DNA from: Phoronis australis
Taxonomy: Eukaryota > Animalia > Phoronida
DNA: 64,000 nucleotides
NCBI GenBank assembly: GCA_002633005.1
Contig: NMRA01000247.1
Span: forward strand, 392,958 to 456,957
Direction: 5' to 3'
Position 1 is the stretch's first letter, and the number at the start of each line of letters is the position of its first letter. Below, in pieces: positions 1 through 11,739 of this stretch. The notes beneath the pieces are model-generated. The model ran no database searches. It saw only the letters and a list, made by a program, of their open reading frames with translations, and had not been told where the DNA came from. Made by a program: the position numbers and the translations under genes.

Positions 1-509
1 TAAGGTAGTTTATCCACTTTAGCCACTTTGGTGGGTGGTTTTGAGGATGTCCCAGGAGTCGAGCTGTCAGACTTAGGGCGCTTAACACCCTGCTGAACAT
101 CGATTTCTAGGTTTTCAAGCTTCTTCTGAGCCGCCTGGCGAGCCCGCTTTGTCTTCCGCCTAGCAGCAGCAGAGAGACGGTGGGAGCTGCCATCAGGCCC
201 AGTTGAAGTGTTTCCGCCACCATTCGCTCCGTGAGGAGTGTCCGGGGCAGGTTTGGGGTTCGCGTCAGCAGCCACCCTAGCCGCTTTCACAAGCTTGGTA
301 ATCTCACTTTCCACTCTCATAGAAGAGTCCAGTGATTTCCCAGAGCAAGCGTCCACAGTAGGGGGTGCTTCCACTTGCCTTATAGAAACTCCTAGGGAGG
401 AGTCTTTGAGGCGGACGTCCGTGGCCGCAAAGACCACATTCGACTGCCCTGTGCGCTGGTCACTTGAACCCTGACCAGGGTGGGTTACTGGTTTTCGCTG
501 TGGATCCAT
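1..509 (-). CDS. ORF1 (gag-like) N-terminus of the non-LTR retrotransposon, partial
   Basis: Hand translation: MDPQRKPVTHPGQGSSDQRTGQSNVVFAATDVRLKDSSLG...HRLSAAARRKTKRARQAAQKKLENLEIDVQQGVKRPKSDSSTPGTSSKPPTKVAKVDKLP(Y), with no stop before the edge. The RLS.A.RRK...KRP.SD.STP pattern resembles, from memory, the low-complexity region before DUF4780 in LOA-type ORF1 proteins. It is absent from the ORF track because it has no stop inside the window. Confidence 0.7.
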   Translation of the reverse strand, partial: MDPQRKPVTHPGQGSSDQRTGQSNVVFAATDVRLKDSSLGVSIRQVEAPPTVDACSGKSLDSSMRVESEITKLVKAARVAADANPKPAPDTPHGANGGGNTSTGPDGSSHRLSAAARRKTKRARQAAQKKLENLEIDVQQGVKRPKSDSSTPGTSSKPPTKVAKVDKLP

Positions 510-1147
510 ATAGCAAGTATAGGTTATGATTCAGGTCTGCATCCGCATTCACCCTATCCATAGGGTGGCAACAAGGCCCAGCCAAAGGCTTTCCTGCATC
601 CGCAAACCTATAGGATCTGACACTGGTTTCAACAGCTCCCTCCCCTGGTTCCTCCAAGCGAGCATATGACCCCCAGCGAAAGGGCTTCTGCTGCAAATGG
701 ACTACCCAGGTTCAGTATGTCTACCTCCAAGTGCCAGAACCTCGCAACCTCCCAGGGCTAACCGTGCAGAGGCTTGTCCCCTAGTGCAACAGGCGCTACT
801 CCGTGCACCGCGGTTTGCCCAAGATTACTTGATACGCAAAGTTCTGTGTTGTTTACCACCAGCCGCAACTGGCTTAAGACTCAAGAACCAGGGTATTAGT
901 TCTCAAGGGTTCCCGTGTCACCTGACCGGAGACAAGGGGTATCAATCGGACCCGAAGAGGTCAAAGTCAAGATACTCCTGACCAGGCGCCCCAAAGGGGG
1001 ATGATTGGGTTAGAGAGGCCTCCCACTCTAGAGCCACTGATCAATCACCCGAGAACAGAGAATGCTTCCAACAAGGTTTTCGGCATCTCATATCGTTCGA
1101 AACAACAGCGGCTGCTAAAGACAGAAAACCCCCTTCCCCAACCCGAT

Positions 1148-1362
1148 CCCGCACAGTTTAGTCTGAGTAAACCCAGTCCATGTGTTGCCGCGTGGAGGCA
1201 CTGCACGAGTCTTGTTGTGGGAGAAGCTATGTACTGACAGTCGGAACTGAACAGCGGCGGAAGCTGAAAGCAGAGCACTAAGCAGAGCTAGATACTACTA
1301 CTAACTACACTACCACACTAGACGCTAAGCACCACAACCTGTGGTCGAAACCACCGACACAC
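1148..1362 (-). ncRNA. HDV-like self-cleaving ribozyme (nested double pseudoknot)
   Basis: Minus strand elements: P1 GUGUGU (1362-1357) pairs with ACACAU (1185-1180), starting with G.U. P2 CUCGUGCAGU (1209-1200) pairs with ACUGUGCGGG (1157-1148). P3 GCC/GGC encloses L3 UCCACGC. GG (1179-1178) is available for P1.1 with the L3 CC. P4 is CUGGGU-UU-ACUCAG. J4/2 is CUAA, with the putative catalytic C at 1161. Confidence 0.85.
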
Positions 1363-4360
1363 AAAGATTTCTTTAACAGGGCCATCGGAATGAACCAGAG
1401 TTATACTTTAACACGCGTAAATTAGGGTAAAAATGGGAAGAGGGTCCAAATGCGCCAAAGGCTACCCTGTCTCCTATGCTAACTACAAAAGGATTCACTT
1501 TTGGAGTTTAAAACTTTTCAAACTCTCCAACTACACAAATATAGAAGGAGTTTTAAAATTATCTGCAAATTTCATTTTTTACAAAAGAAGACATTTTGGA
1601 TAACACGGCATCTCTTTCGGAACTATTTCTGTATTAATGTGTCCACGAAAAGCCCTACCAAAGGAATAAGCTGTTCAGTCCCTTCACAAAATGGCGTTCA
1701 GAAACAAACCGCTGACTTTTCAGCTCCCTACAATTGGATCCACTGTAGCCCCGTCAAAAATATAGTCGAGTATCCCCTAATCAACCAACCGAGGCAGCTT
1801 CAAGGCATTTGGTTGTAATGATAAATTCACTTTCCGCCCAAGAAGCAAACTTTGACTTAGGCCACTTTGCCTCCTGTAGTATGGTTTTATGGGCGCATAA
1901 AATGACATACCGTGACGAGCCAAGTTGTAGAGCCTCTGGTTGATCATCAAGCAATAGCAAACGTCCTGAAGTCACCTCCAGTTTCAATAAGGAAGAATCT
2001 GAGACCGATAAGCGGTATAAATCAAAAGTTGTTATTTCAAATGAAGGCGGGTCTATTGCAGCTTTTATGTTGTTTGTGTATCACCTCTGCTTGCCAGATA
2101 CGCACACTGTAGCCCTAAAAATAATAATCCATCTACCACCACTGAGCATGACTGAGGAGAAGTCATGCATGTAGCATTTCCTCTCATATGTAATGGTCAG
2201 TGGGCGAAAAGCTACAACCCTGACATAGTGGTACTCAGAAGTCACAGGAATGAGTGTTATGATATAATGGCTGAAACTAAGGAACTACTCGACATGCTTA
2301 TGGTGGTGTCCAATATAGGACACCCCCTTTTAGCGAAATTTAGGCATAAGGGCCTATGTACGAGTAATTCAGTTTGAAAAGTAAAGCTTTACTTCGGATA
2401 TAAGCACATGGGTCTAAACATTGATTTTTGACACAAAGACGAAATCCTGGAATTTTTAATTCTTTCATTATCCGTAAAAAGATTATGTTTCTAAGTGATA
2501 GTTGTTCTTAATGCAGGACTCCAGGCCAGTGAGGTGTGTTAAAGGTAAGTGGAATGTATCCAATGTTCGAGGCTGTTAAGATTACTATGAACGCGTGACT
2601 GTTTGATTCCTTACTGAGAGAGCAATCAAAGGGAAATTAAATAGGAATATTCACGAAAATCAATATCTCATATTCAGTGTGATATTGCCTCCGCGTCAGA
2701 AGATTAAGATACGGCACTCGAAAAGGGCATAATAACATTAGTCTTGCATAACTAAGATGCATAAACAAATGTTGTGAAAGTGTTCAGTCAATTTGCCGAA
2801 GCGAAGGCGTCCCTCTTTGATCTGCACTTGCAAAGGTAAGGAGTGTTTTTTATTTCATGTCAGATCAAATTTTGCTGAAATCATATTATGGGGGTTTGCA
2901 TGGCCGTGGTCGAGTGATAACTAGTTACACGCAAATTGGTAGTCAGCCTAACACTAATTTTGATTGTTGTGGGACGTCAAAGGCATCGCTATTCAGTGCC
3001 ATGCAACTGAAATGCATTGTGTCCTGACATGCACGAATTTTATTTTAAGACAAACAAATCACGAACATTGTGAGAAATAACATGTCATCTTAGTGTTTAA
3101 TATTTATCAAGAAAAAACCCTTAGCAACAACCATGATTACCAAGACAATGGCAAACAGTTTTAAAAAGCTTATCCAAGGATGTTCTATGGTCACAGCTGT
3201 TGGTGGAGATGCACTCTAGTTGTAGCTGGCAGAAGTTTTGCCAAAATAAGAGGCTATTTTAACTAAAATTATGTAGGATTTCAGCTCAGAAGCATTAGTG
3301 TTGCATTTTATTGTCAGTATTTTTACCCGAAAAGAGAGGGTCCAAAACATATAATTCGTGTATTAGCTTAAGAACAACAGGGCCCATTTTGTTTTTGTGA
3401 TTTCATTACAAATGGCCAATTCTCGCCGTTGTTTACAAGACACTCGTTGAAGTCAGTGTCTTGCTATTTACATATATGCTGAAAACATTTCGCTATTTGA
3501 AACCAGTTGGATTTGGCTCGACGGCAAAGCGTTCTGCTGCTGTTGCGTAGCAAATGGATACGATTCCGCGCTACTGCTAATTTCTGTGAAATTACTTTTC
3601 TCTCTTAGAAGGTTTCTTTAAAAGAAGTTGTAAAAAATAGACGGCGCCATAAAAGGAATTGTAAAATGTTATGAAGAGATACTGTAGTTGTTTGAGAATT
3701 TTACGAGCCGGGTGACCACGGTAATTGCTGTTTCTCGCTCTTCTCTACGTTGAGGCCTCCAGCAACGCGTGTCAATTTTTATTAGACTTTTATAGCACTG
3801 TACATTACTCATGCCAACAACGGTATAGGAACAGTGCTCGTCACAGCGATACATGATTCAAGCACGTATATTTAAAAACGTGTTTTGAAGCTTAAATTCA
3901 ATTTCTTTTCACGTGTGGTAGATTGAGATGATTTTTGTTCTCTAATTACTTATGTTACAAATTTTTAACATAATTCTCTGAATTGATTTTTCACATTCTT
4001 GTGTCTAGCATGAACAACCGATCTTGGAAGGTTATTTAAACTGGCCTAGATATTTAGTTACCCAAAATCAAAAATTTTTACCGTGATGATACTTGATTTC
4101 CGTCACCAACAAGATCATCGAAACCATCAGCGGCTCAAGAAAACACTTCAGAGTTAATAGAAGTTGTCCAATCTTAAAGTTGCGACGTCGAAAAGGGAGC
4201 ATGTACGCACTGCCCGTGACTTGAGTTGTAATTGCGGCACAGTGGAAATGTTTTTAAAAACTTTAAACCCCAAAGTACTTCGGTCAACAATTTACAGCTA
4301 AACAGTGGGAGAAATCGTCCTTTAAGAATAAGCTCAAGAATTTTTCAGAGAGTACTTTTA

Positions 4361-4615
4361 TCAGAGATCGCAGCAAACGCAAGCGTCAGTTGTTTCCATT
4401 ATGGTGCAGTTAGCACGCTGACACCATGACAAATCATTCAAACGGTTTTCGGAACTATCCATATGTTCCGTTGTCTGTGCACGTTCACGGTGCCTCTCTT
4501 GTATGTCTTGATCAATGAATTCCAATTCGAACCGATAGCTTGTGAAACCTAACGATCGACCTGTGAAGTCTACGTCGGATGAGCACTCGTCTAAGTCGGG
4601 ATTGCGAGTTGCCAC
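4361..4615 (-). pseudogene. P2X7 C-terminal ballast / nanor-like Cys-rich domain ORF (KolX-like protein of Kolobok transposons), truncated or degenerate
   Basis: SYRFELE...ENRLNDLSWCQRANCTIMETTDACVCCDL matches the PY.FEP...RL.N..WC.CG.C..M.T..EC.CC motif of P2X7-like ballast proteins. One Cys is lost and a stop follows immediately. Confidence 0.65.
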
Positions 4616-5518
4616 GGTTGACGTTTATTATTGTGCGCTCTATTTCAAAATGAATTATTCTCATTCTAACCAATGCTGAAACAAAGATGCAATAAATTAA
4701 CTGACCGGGGCACCTTCATACCGTGAATAATACGCTTTCAAGGAAGTCATGTATTTTTAAAGATATGCGGAAATTTTCACCGCTCGTCCTTCTGAGCGGC
4801 TTGTACCAGGATCAAAGAGAGCGCGGCGCCGGAATCAGTGATTAACCGCATTGCCCGATGCGAGCAAGACCCAATTAAATGTAATTATCCGACCATAAGC
4901 TGTATTAAAGATCTCTGGCTGTACATAATGGCGAATTTCCAAAATACATAAACCACTAATTTCGTTATAAACGAACACCACGGCGGTATTCAGCTGGGAA
5001 AAAGAACAACCAAGTAGGGTTTTTGAATTTTAAAAATCGATGAACTAATAATCTAAAAACTACAACCATTGGGTACGATTGAAGATAAACTGCCGCGCGT
5101 ATTGATATACTCGGTGAATGTACAAACGCTGATCAAAGTTAACAATATCACATGGATTCATTTTTTGATATTCTTTCAATCCCATTTAAGCAGATTTTTG
5201 ACCAGGAAACAGTCATACTTATCTTGTGCCCACTTTTCATTTTTTATTACTGACAAAGAGCTAGAATAGTCAATGCCACCGAAATTGTCCAGAGATCCCA
5301 AATCTTCAGTTTGGTTATCGCCAAATTTGCACTTTTGTATGTATTTTATGATTTGAGTTTTAATAAAGATTAAACTTTAATGACACGTGAAATGTTTAGT
5401 GTACCTGTAATGTAGTAAGTTTAGGGATGGGCTCACAATGAACTTAACTAATTAAGTTTAGCTGGCGATCAAAATCTACTATTGTTTTAGTACTTTAAGT
5501 TTAAAACTTAGATATATA

Positions 5519-5640
5519 GATTATTACATGGTGAAGTCGTTATCCCCCATATTCTAGAGCCCGAGTGGGTTTTGGAGAATTCTCCAAAATCCTCGAGGGC
5601 TCTGGATAAGGGGGATAATGACTGAGAACATGTAATAATC
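5519..5640. repeat. 122-bp imperfect palindrome, probably the end of a non-autonomous DNA element
   Basis: GATTATTACATG...TTATCCCCC...AGAGCCC...TTTTGGAGAA|TTCTCCAAAA...GGGCTCT...GGGGGATAA...CATGTAATAATC, centred on GAATTC at 5577-5582. Confidence 0.8.
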
Positions 5641-6720
5641 CATTTATTCCACATACTAAACGAGAAACATTGCAATAAATCGATCTACCTTTCTCGACTC
5701 TCCTCCGCTTTGTAACTACTTTCTATGTCAGAGGCCCGGGTCGGAGGTCGTGACCTTTTCAGAAAAGCCAAGCTATTTTGTCAAATAATGCTTTTACTCA
5801 AAACCAATTGAAAATTTAAACAAAATAGAAATATAAAATGAATCTATAAATTAAGGTTTAGCAACTATTATAGCTTACTGCACATTTTATCAAGCTAAGT
5901 TGTGACCGGGAAAATATCGTCTGCTAAAGTAGGTTACCATTGGTAACTGAGTATAATGCTAAAGCCAAAGGATCCTGGCGACACGATATCCGCATTCAAA
6001 TTGGAGATCGGTGATTTACAAGTGAGAGAACATGAGAGAAAAATTTCATTGAATTAAAATACCGAGTTTATGGAAATTATGCGTCTTATTTTTCATAATG
6101 TCGGCACCATAGACATTTTAATACTATATACCCCCGCCATTTTAAGCTGATATACGTACTGCGCGTCCCTCAACCGCCGAGAAAATTAAAATTAATTCTT
6201 CTCTCACGCACGCCGTCTGCTTATCCCAACCCCCTGTTGCGGGGGAACCGTTGAATAATGACGGGACAAGTTTTCACGGACGTGGGGTCATTTTTTCATG
6301 GGCTGAAAATTCTTTGCAAATATGAATTTTAAAGTAAGAAAACTTGGCTGCAATAGCAAGATCCTTAGCATGTGGCCAAGTATTTTTGGAATAGTCTTCA
6401 TTCAGTTCAGTAGTCAGATATTATATCCAGGCACGAGTAGTGTAAAAATGGCCTGTTGCCAAGTTGGGCAACTGAATGAAGGACTGTTCGAAAAAATGTG
6501 ATAGTTTTCGCTTCACCCCAGCTTCCCACATCATATTCCTGACCTGCATGCCGTTCGGTACTTTCACTCCCTAATTGCGGCATATATTGAAAAAGCAAGA
6601 TTTCCCTTGCCGTGCGTTACTCAGGTGACTCCCAGACCTAACCTAAACATCCGTGTATCGGAGATCGCCAATTGCGGGTATCGTGTCTGCTTATCCCAAC
6701 CCTCTGTTGCGGAGGAACCC

Positions 6721-6845
6721 CGTGGCGGATTTAGAGGGGGGCTAATATCCCCCTGAAATTCTCCCAGATTCCATTTGGCAGTTCGGGAGTGCGAAAGTCC
6801 GACGGTCAAAATCAAGGCTAATACATGCGCGCACCTAGGGGGTGA
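6721..6845 (+). mobile_element. Partial copy of the GTGGCGGATT MITE family
   Basis: GTGGCGGATTTAGAGGGGGG...AAATTCTCCCAGAT.CCATTTGG.AGTTCGGG.GTGCGAA is shared with the copies at 8227 and, inverted, at 27492-27638. Confidence 0.6.
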
Positions 6846-8226
6846 AAATCCACAAAATTTCCAATATCAACTTTACCATAAGTACACATTTTGCAGGGAT
6901 ATGTTTGTTTTAATACAACAGAAGAAATCAGATTTTGGAATACTTATTAAGAAATGAGTTTTTAAAGCAGTGTATATTTCAACGGAGAATACATTATTCG
7001 AATAGGTTCGGGGATGTTATTTTTCAGAACTAGTAAAAATACATGTGATTGTCATTGATACCAAATATTTACTTAAGTACAATTAACAAACAGCATCATC
7101 ATTGGATAACAGCATATGCTGGTCAATAATCATCTTTTAATTGATCTTATATGGTCTCAATCACCAAGACTGATGTGGAAACAACGCATAATCGCTCCGC
7201 TTAAACTATGGTGGCAGAACATAAAAACTTAGTGGCATCACCTCTAAACTCCAAAACTTAACTCTTTGGCTGCAAGCATAACACTGCGAGCCCGCGGATT
7301 TTCTGACTGATGCCGTAGTGCTCCCAGTGTTTTCCGCTATTTTTGTCCTTTGTAGCACTGTCCAATATGGCGTCATATTGACAACGCGAGCTGCACGTAT
7401 CTGAGTGGTGCGCGCCCGGTCTAAGTGATGTCTATGGTTGCTACACTGCACACGTGGTCTATCATTTTCCCGCCGTAAGTGCATGAATCAATCAGATCAC
7501 TAATGTTTTCAAAAGCAAGGCATTAGCTTGATTCTTAGGGAGTCCTGTTACTGCTCTATTTATTTTCAAAACTTTATTGTGTTACTTTTATTTAATTTTC
7601 TGTTCAATTCAATGAGGCCACTTAATATAAATGCATTCAACACGATTAATGCATTGTAAAAACCAAGAGTTATGCTCTATCAACATTAGACAAAATCAGT
7701 ACACCCCTTTCTTAAAAAATGGGTTACAATTTAGAAACAAAGGACACAATTTTCCATCACTTGCAACGTCGATTTTCGACACGGATGTTGGGGAAGAATA
7801 TCAGTCTGGCGACAGCAACACGGAATCGTACGAAGGCGATGATTTGATTCGTTTTGTTGCATGTCTTTTTTCGCTATCCGTCCAAGATTACTTGAGGATC
7901 CAGGAACAAGAACTGAACGAGGCAGGGTTCGTGATAACGTTGGTGAACGGTAACATCGCCTTAGAATTTGTGCACAAATATGTTTTCGTAGTTTTCTCAG
8001 TATGCCTATATGAACCATGAATCACAAACTGACCGATAATTATGCCGCTATTGTGCCAGCAGACGACATACTGAGGCCTAATCAGTCGGCACCGAAGTTT
8101 AAATTTTGCAATTAATTACCAGTAGCACTACCAAAAGTAATCACGACACCAACAGTTCTACAATTGGAAGACTTTGAATAGCGTTTCAATGCTGAATTTA
8201 TTTTTTTCGTTGAACTGGACAGTAAA

Positions 8227-8545
8227 CGGTGGCGGATTTAGGGGGGGGGGGGGGCAAGGGAGCCGTGGTCCCCCCTAAAATTCTCCCAGATACCATTTGG
8301 GAGTTCGGGGTGCGAATTGCTGAGTAGCATATGCGCGCACCCAGAGGGTTCGGGGGGCGAATGTACAATGCATAGGCCTTGAACAAACCCCGTGTACCGT
8401 TTTTTTTTAGTAATAAGGTGCACAAACCCAAAAATTCGAGACCCCTGCATCCCTGCAATTTAGGTTGGGCGCGCGCATGGGGGGAAATTCTGGTTATTCC
8501 TGTGCCCTGCCCCTCCCCCAACTCAAAATCCTGGAACCGCCCCTG
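8227..8545 (+). mobile_element. Non-autonomous DNA transposon (hAT-like termini, 5-bp TSD) containing a nested MITE at 8331-8479
   Basis: Termini CGGTGGCGGATT and GAACCGCCCCTG, TSD GTAAA (8222-8226, 8546-8550). The internal ATGCGCGCACCCA...TGGGCGCGCGCATG matches the TIRs of the 13167 element. Confidence 0.7.
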
Positions 8546-8761
8546 GTAAAGTAGATGCGAGAATTTCCCGTCAAAATACACTAACCGGAAACTGCCCCCG
8601 ATAATTTAGGAGAGTGTCGCCTCCTCTTGGATAGCACGGAAGAAAATGTCGGAGATGCGAATCTGTTGTCTATAATCTATGGCACAATGCCCTTTATTGA
8701 ACATGCAATTGTTGCGCGCGCTCATTTAAGTATTCTATTTTCACGTTCGATGGCGTCAGCT

Positions 8762-8830
8762 GCTGAGTGGTGCAGTGATAAAGTCGACGACTCGAAACTC
8801 TTGCGGACCGGGTTCGAAACCGGCCTCGGT
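8762..8830 (+). repeat. tRNA-derived sequence (SINE head or tRNA pseudogene)
   Basis: A-box-like TGGTGCAGTGATA, B-box GGTTCGAAACC in a CCGG-GTTCGAAA-CCGG T-arm, and an acceptor-like GCTGAG/CTCGGT pairing. The anticodon stem around CTCGAAA is poorly paired, so it is not called a functional tRNA. Confidence 0.6.
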
Positions 8831-11739
8831 TCCCGCCAAAATGTTATTTCATTAGTGAGATAACTAAATGGGTTATTACACGGTTGTATTGGCCATTGAG
8901 GTTAATAGTGTGGTATAAAAATTATCAGCCCGTTCCAGATAAGAAAAAAAAAAACAATTGGGCAGAAGCATTAAAAATTGAATAAAGAAAACCAATATGA
9001 AACTTATCGTTCCTTTGGGAAGTGGCCCTTTGTGAAGATAAACACAAGTTAACCTTTTTAGTCATTTTGTAATATTTATAATGTATAATGTAAAAACTAT
9101 CCTCCAGAGTTGCAGGCTATAACTCTGCAAATGTATGAGAAAACCAAATTGGGGGTACTAACAAAAACCATTGTTGAGACAGTAATGCTAGCAATTACCT
9201 TTCCACTTCATTAGCTCAGATCTACATCAATACAAAGGGCTTCGTAAAAGTTGCCTGGGGCATGCTAATTCAAAGTTTGGTGACAGAAAGCTATTGTGAA
9301 ACAATAACTCGATTGTATATCCTATGAGCAAATGTTAGGGGAATCTTTATTTAGATATTCATATACATTGTTCGAATCATTGTTACTGTGCAACTTTTGT
9401 CCTGACGGTTTTGTTGTGGAAGGATAACCTGACTTCGCGGCCCCCGACGAGCTAGTAAGTAGATTTGCAGTTTTGCGTCTAATTCACCAAAATAATCACG
9501 TGCACATTATTTCTTTGGCTCACTAGTATAGTCTTTCCGTGACTGGAAGTTTAGTTTCTAACTTTGGCTGGTTTATGTTCGTGATGTCTTCAGGCCGGGC
9601 GCGACGGGCCTGTGATCGGGTTCCGAGCCAATGGTCGGGATAACTTTTTGTGTGTTTAGAACTGAAAGAAATCGCAAGTCTAAAATTACAACACAGTCTG
9701 TATTTCACGGACGAATAGTGCCCAAAACTCCCGCGACCGACCTTGGTAAATTGGCCTACCGAACTTTGTAGGCTACGGTACGTTCCAATACCTATAAATC
9801 CGTAACAGCGAAATAAAACAACACCTTTGTTCAATAACTCGATGTATTTGTAAGGGTTTTACATCAAATTTTGTTGATTTATTGGTGTAAAACGATGAAT
9901 TCAACCGATAAGCTGACACCAGTAAGCGTGTTGTAAACTGCTGAACAGACTGCGTTCGAACGTTATTGGTTAATTTCGACACCTCCGTCTGCCTTCATGT
10001 GTCAGGTAAAAGAACCGTACTTGCTGTTATCGATCTAAATTGATACAAAATAAGTTGTTTTTTGGGGTGGAATTCTCCTTTAATATGCTTTTGTGGCCGG
10101 TTCCAAAGGGAAAGACTGAAACATCAAACACTCCTTGCCAAATAAAAAACAAGTGTAAGCTTATGAACTATCTTAAGCTCTTTAGAGTCAGCTACCGTTC
10201 CAATGTACTGAGCAGTGGTGTAGTGAAAACGAACTTCAAAGATGGGATCAAAATGTCAACTTTGTAATTTTTAATCAGTTTCATTTTTTCATGAAAGTAG
10301 AAATGAAGAATCCAGGCTAAGACGATACAAAAATGTTAAAATAGTAAAAAAATCCAAGTTCATTATTAACACTTTCCTTTAGGTTTGGGAGCTATTGCCC
10401 TTTACATTACCCATTTGTTTGCCACTAGCCCTCGCTGATATTTCAAGTCATAACTACCATGCCGAGTTGACTTGATAGTCTTTTTAGTTCCACACAATTG
10501 ATTTTGCAACAATCGCAAGATACTCTTACTGAACCAGTGTCACTCCACGTAGATCTTGTGTTGAAAAGTATCGCCAGAGCTTTTAGACTTCTTGATATAA
10601 TCTTGAAAGATGATCAGATATAAATTGCTTATTGTCGTGTATCATTTAAAAGTAAAAGTAACTGCCGACCTCGTGCAACAATTGCAGTCAAACCCTTTTA
10701 TTTTAGATGAGACAACACAAACGCCCTCTGACAGGGGCGATAGAGCCCCGAGCAGTAACTCTGCCAAAACCACAGCACCCGACAGTTTGTCACTGTAAGT
10801 ACTCTACATTACGTGTATCTACTGTACATTTCAAAATATGAAAGTGGTTTCACGATTGCTAAATGATCAGCTACATAGAGCTTAATTAATTTACATAATT
10901 TCAAACTTTAATGAAACAGGGGAATGCTATAAAATACATGACGGGAGAACTTTACCAACTACGAAAATCTGTAATAATTGGTATGTTGGGCACTCATATT
11001 CAATCCCACATTGTTGGCTAAAAACTTAACAAACGTTTAGACCTTTAGACAATATGGCGTACATAACCATTTCATTGCGTTCCAGCTGGCTGAATCAAGT
11101 ATTTTTTTCCGGGTTTAACTTTACTGAGCCACTGTCCGATAACAGACATTGACAACAGTAAAACACACCTACGTCTCAATTAGACTGATCTTTCAACATA
11201 GGTTTGTGCGTTGTAAAAGGCGAATTAAAACTAAAATGAAAGAAAAACCCGAAAACACAATGAGTTGCTTCGTATGCTAACCATTTAGAGACAAATATGT
11301 AAATAAAAATGCACGATAACCGGTAGACATCTACGAGTGTACTATTTCTCTTTGATAAGTTCAATGCCAGAACGCAGAATAGGTCTACGAAACAGTAGCT
11401 TGTCAGATTTTAAACAAAAATAGGTTAGAATGACGGACTGACTTACAAAACTCATAATATTCTAACGCGGAAATCTGATGGGTCATTGCTTGTTTATTCG
11501 CGTGCTTAAGTATTATGTATGTATACATTACTAATGTTTTGTATTGTTTCCATAATTCATTTGTGCAAGGTTTACCTGTTGCCCAGATATGATATTAATT
11601 CGAGTTCTGGGCAGCAATTTATCTATTGTATTTACTTATACTCATGAAATAAAATAATAATAACAAATCAATATACTTTGAATGGATGAACGAGGAGGTT
11701 TCCAAGAATTAACCGAGAAGGCATGGATCTCTTAAAGTG

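Larger units (their letters stand above)
1..1362 (-). mobile_element. 5' end (5' UTR plus start of ORF1) of a non-LTR retrotransposon, LOA/R1-like; runs off the left edge of the window
   Basis: GC-richer block with a sharp boundary near 1362. It contains an open minus-strand frame from ATG 509 to the window edge and an HDV-like ribozyme fold at its 5' terminus. The clade is inferred from the ORF1 basic motif plus the ribozyme, not from RT sequence. Confidence 0.75.

Noticed and set aside
238-1278. Short ORFs listed on both strands in this interval
   Set aside because: They are antisense or off-frame shadows of the retrotransposon ORF1 and its GC-rich 5' UTR.
7631-8020. Overlapping 129-aa and 95-aa ORFs as a gene or transposase fragment
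   Set aside because: No recognisable motif or consistent splice structure. It may be a decayed element, but that cannot be supported.
8762-8830. Functional tRNA-Arg(TCG)
   Set aside because: The anticodon and D stems pair poorly. It is kept only as a tRNA-derived repeat.
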